Positions 54,278 to 55,200 of a stretch of DNA of 55,200 bases are shown in pieces. The DNA lies in contig MFUP01000005.1 in assembly GCA_001785735.1 (NCBI GenBank), positions 1 through 55,200 of the forward strand, written 5' to 3'. The position numbers and the translations under genes were made by a program. The stretch's first letter is position 1. Every line of letters begins with the position of its first letter. The DNA comes from Candidatus Nomurabacteria bacterium RIFCSPLOWO2_01_FULL_33_24 (GTDB taxonomy: Bacteria; Patescibacteriota; Minisyncoccia; Phycocordibacterales; MFUP01). The notes under the pieces are model-generated. The model worked only from the letters and a program-made list of their open reading frames with translations. It ran no database searches and was not told the origin of the DNA.

Positions 54278-54649
54278 TTATTTTTTAAGAAGAAGTTTAA
54301 TCTTTTCAGCCAATTCGTCCAAAGTAAAATTAGCTTTTACCATAAATTCTGTTACCCCCAAGGCTTTGGCTTTTGTAATATCTCCTTCCTCTGATAAATT
54401 AGAAAAAACAATAATGGGAACAGATTTCCATTTTACGTTTTCACGAATTTCTTTCAAAATTTCAAAACCATCAACATCAGGTAAAAGGAGGTCTAGTAAA
54501 ATTAGATCAGGAATTTGTTTATTTAAATTATTAAAAGCCTGCTTGCTATCTGAAGCAACTTCAACTTCATAACCCTCAACCCCTAATTTTCTAGAAGCAA
54601 GTCCTTGTAAAAAAGTATCGTCCTCAATTATTAAAATTTTTTTAGCCAT
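54278..54649 (-). CDS. Single-domain response regulator (CheY-like receiver)
   Basis: ILIIEDD, LILLDLLLPDVDG (phospho-acceptor Asp), VPIIVFS, K at VKANF. Confidence 0.9.
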   Translation of the reverse strand: MAKKILIIEDDTFLQGLASRKLGVEGYEVEVASDSKQAFNNLNKQIPDLILLDLLLPDVDGFEILKEIRENVKWKSVPIIVFSNLSEEGDITKAKALGVTEFMVKANFTLDELAEKIKLLLKK

Positions 54650-54672
54650 ATCTTAATGATAACTTAAGTAAA

Positions 54673-55200
54673 CTATTTTGACAAGGGAACGGTGAAATAA
54701 AAAGTTGTTCCCTTATTATTGCTTTTAAACCAAATTTTCCCCCCATGTTTTTCAACTATTCCCTTTATAGTATAAAGACCCAGTCCGGAACCTACCTGCT
54801 CTTTCTTTTTAGCGTTACTAGCCCGGAAAAATTTCCCAAAAATTTTTTCTTGGTCATTTTGGGGGATGCCTATTCCGGTATCTTTGACAGATATCTCAAT
54901 GAAATTGTCTTTTTGGTTGTTTGAAATAAAGACTTTATCACCCTTTTCACTATATTTAATAGAATTTTCTATTAAATTTTGAATAACCACTCGTATTTTT
55001 TCATCATCTATGTGAACAAGAGAAAGTTTAGTTTTAGGTTTTTCAAACACAAGTTTTACTCCTTTCTTATATGATTCTTCAGAAAAATCTAAAAGGACAT
55101 CTTCAATCAAAGCTCTAATCTGAATATCATCAAAATTATATTTAAAACTGATATCCTCCGCATGGTTAATACTAATCATTTCATTAACTAATTTAACCAT
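54673..55200 (-). CDS. Sensor histidine kinase, C-terminal HATPase_c part (5' end outside the window)
   Basis: N box QNLIENSIKYS, G1 DTGIGIP, F box FGKFFRA, G2 GSGLGLY. The ORF is open at the window edge. Confidence 0.88.
   Translation of the reverse strand: MVKLVNEMISINHAEDISFKYNFDDIQIRALIEDVLLDFSEESYKKGVKLVFEKPKTKLSLVHIDDEKIRVVIQNLIENSIKYSEKGDKVFISNNQKDNFIEISVKDTGIGIPQNDQEKIFGKFFRASNAKKKEQVGSGLGLYTIKGIVEKHGGKIWFKSNNKGTTFYFTVPLSK

Noticed and set aside
1-55200. Alternative genetic code (UGA recoding, as in Gracilibacteria/Absconditabacteria).
   Set aside because: TGA terminates conserved genes at the expected lengths, often as ATGA overlaps (for example pilC at 3044-3046 and rplP at 26038-40). 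No conserved protein requires read-through of an in-frame TGA.

Overview
Gene-dense, visibly AT-rich bacterial chromosome segment. G+C was not computed; by eye it is about one third. The standard code applies: TGA is used as a stop and ATGA start/stop overlaps are frequent.

Layout:
(1) 69-5885: type IV pilus/T2SS-like module with a PilB ATPase, a PilC platform and four pilin-like genes.
(2) tpiA-pgk, a HIT protein, then recJ-rnhA-comEC plus a separate ComEC-type MBL ORF, rpmB and an M50 protease.
(3) 13508-16809: two large secreted/membrane repeat proteins.
(4) 16892-36659: a fused str-S10-spc ribosomal supercluster (rpsL to map). It has no rpmD (L30). It is interrupted between rplE and rpsN by a 3.9-kb NHL-repeat/LysM surface-protein gene.
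(5) 36.7-47.2 kb: a small membrane protein, a 915-aa soluble VirD4/TraG-like P-loop ATPase, a long ndk, an unassigned structured sRNA gene, a beta-CASP RNase, a TIGR00725/LOG-like protein, infC-rpmI-rplT, ssrA (tmRNA) and smpB.
(6) ftsH overlapped at its stop codon by tRNA-Ile(UAU), an AsnRS-like catalytic-core-only paralog with a terminator-containing leader, membrane proteins, a YerC/TrpR-like regulator, recG, and a response regulator/histidine kinase pair. The kinase is cut by the window end.

No rRNA, CRISPR, transposase or integrase was seen. The repertoire fits a Candidate Phyla Radiation/Patescibacteria (Parcubacteria-like) genome: no L30, tailed r-proteins, T4P plus ComEC, giant repeat surface proteins and few biosynthetic genes. 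This placement is inference only.

I found no obvious multi-gene novel system. The most interesting items are:
- the orphan sRNA at 40862-41028;
- the NHL gene, with an internal two-TM hairpin, splitting the spc operon;
- the recurrent promoter-proximal AAGCTC-N4-GAGCTT hairpins in r-protein leaders;
- a pervasive -10/N6-7/ATG (leaderless-type) start architecture;
- tRNA-Ile(UAU);
- the AsnRS-like paralog and its leader;
- the orphan VirD4-like ATPase module.
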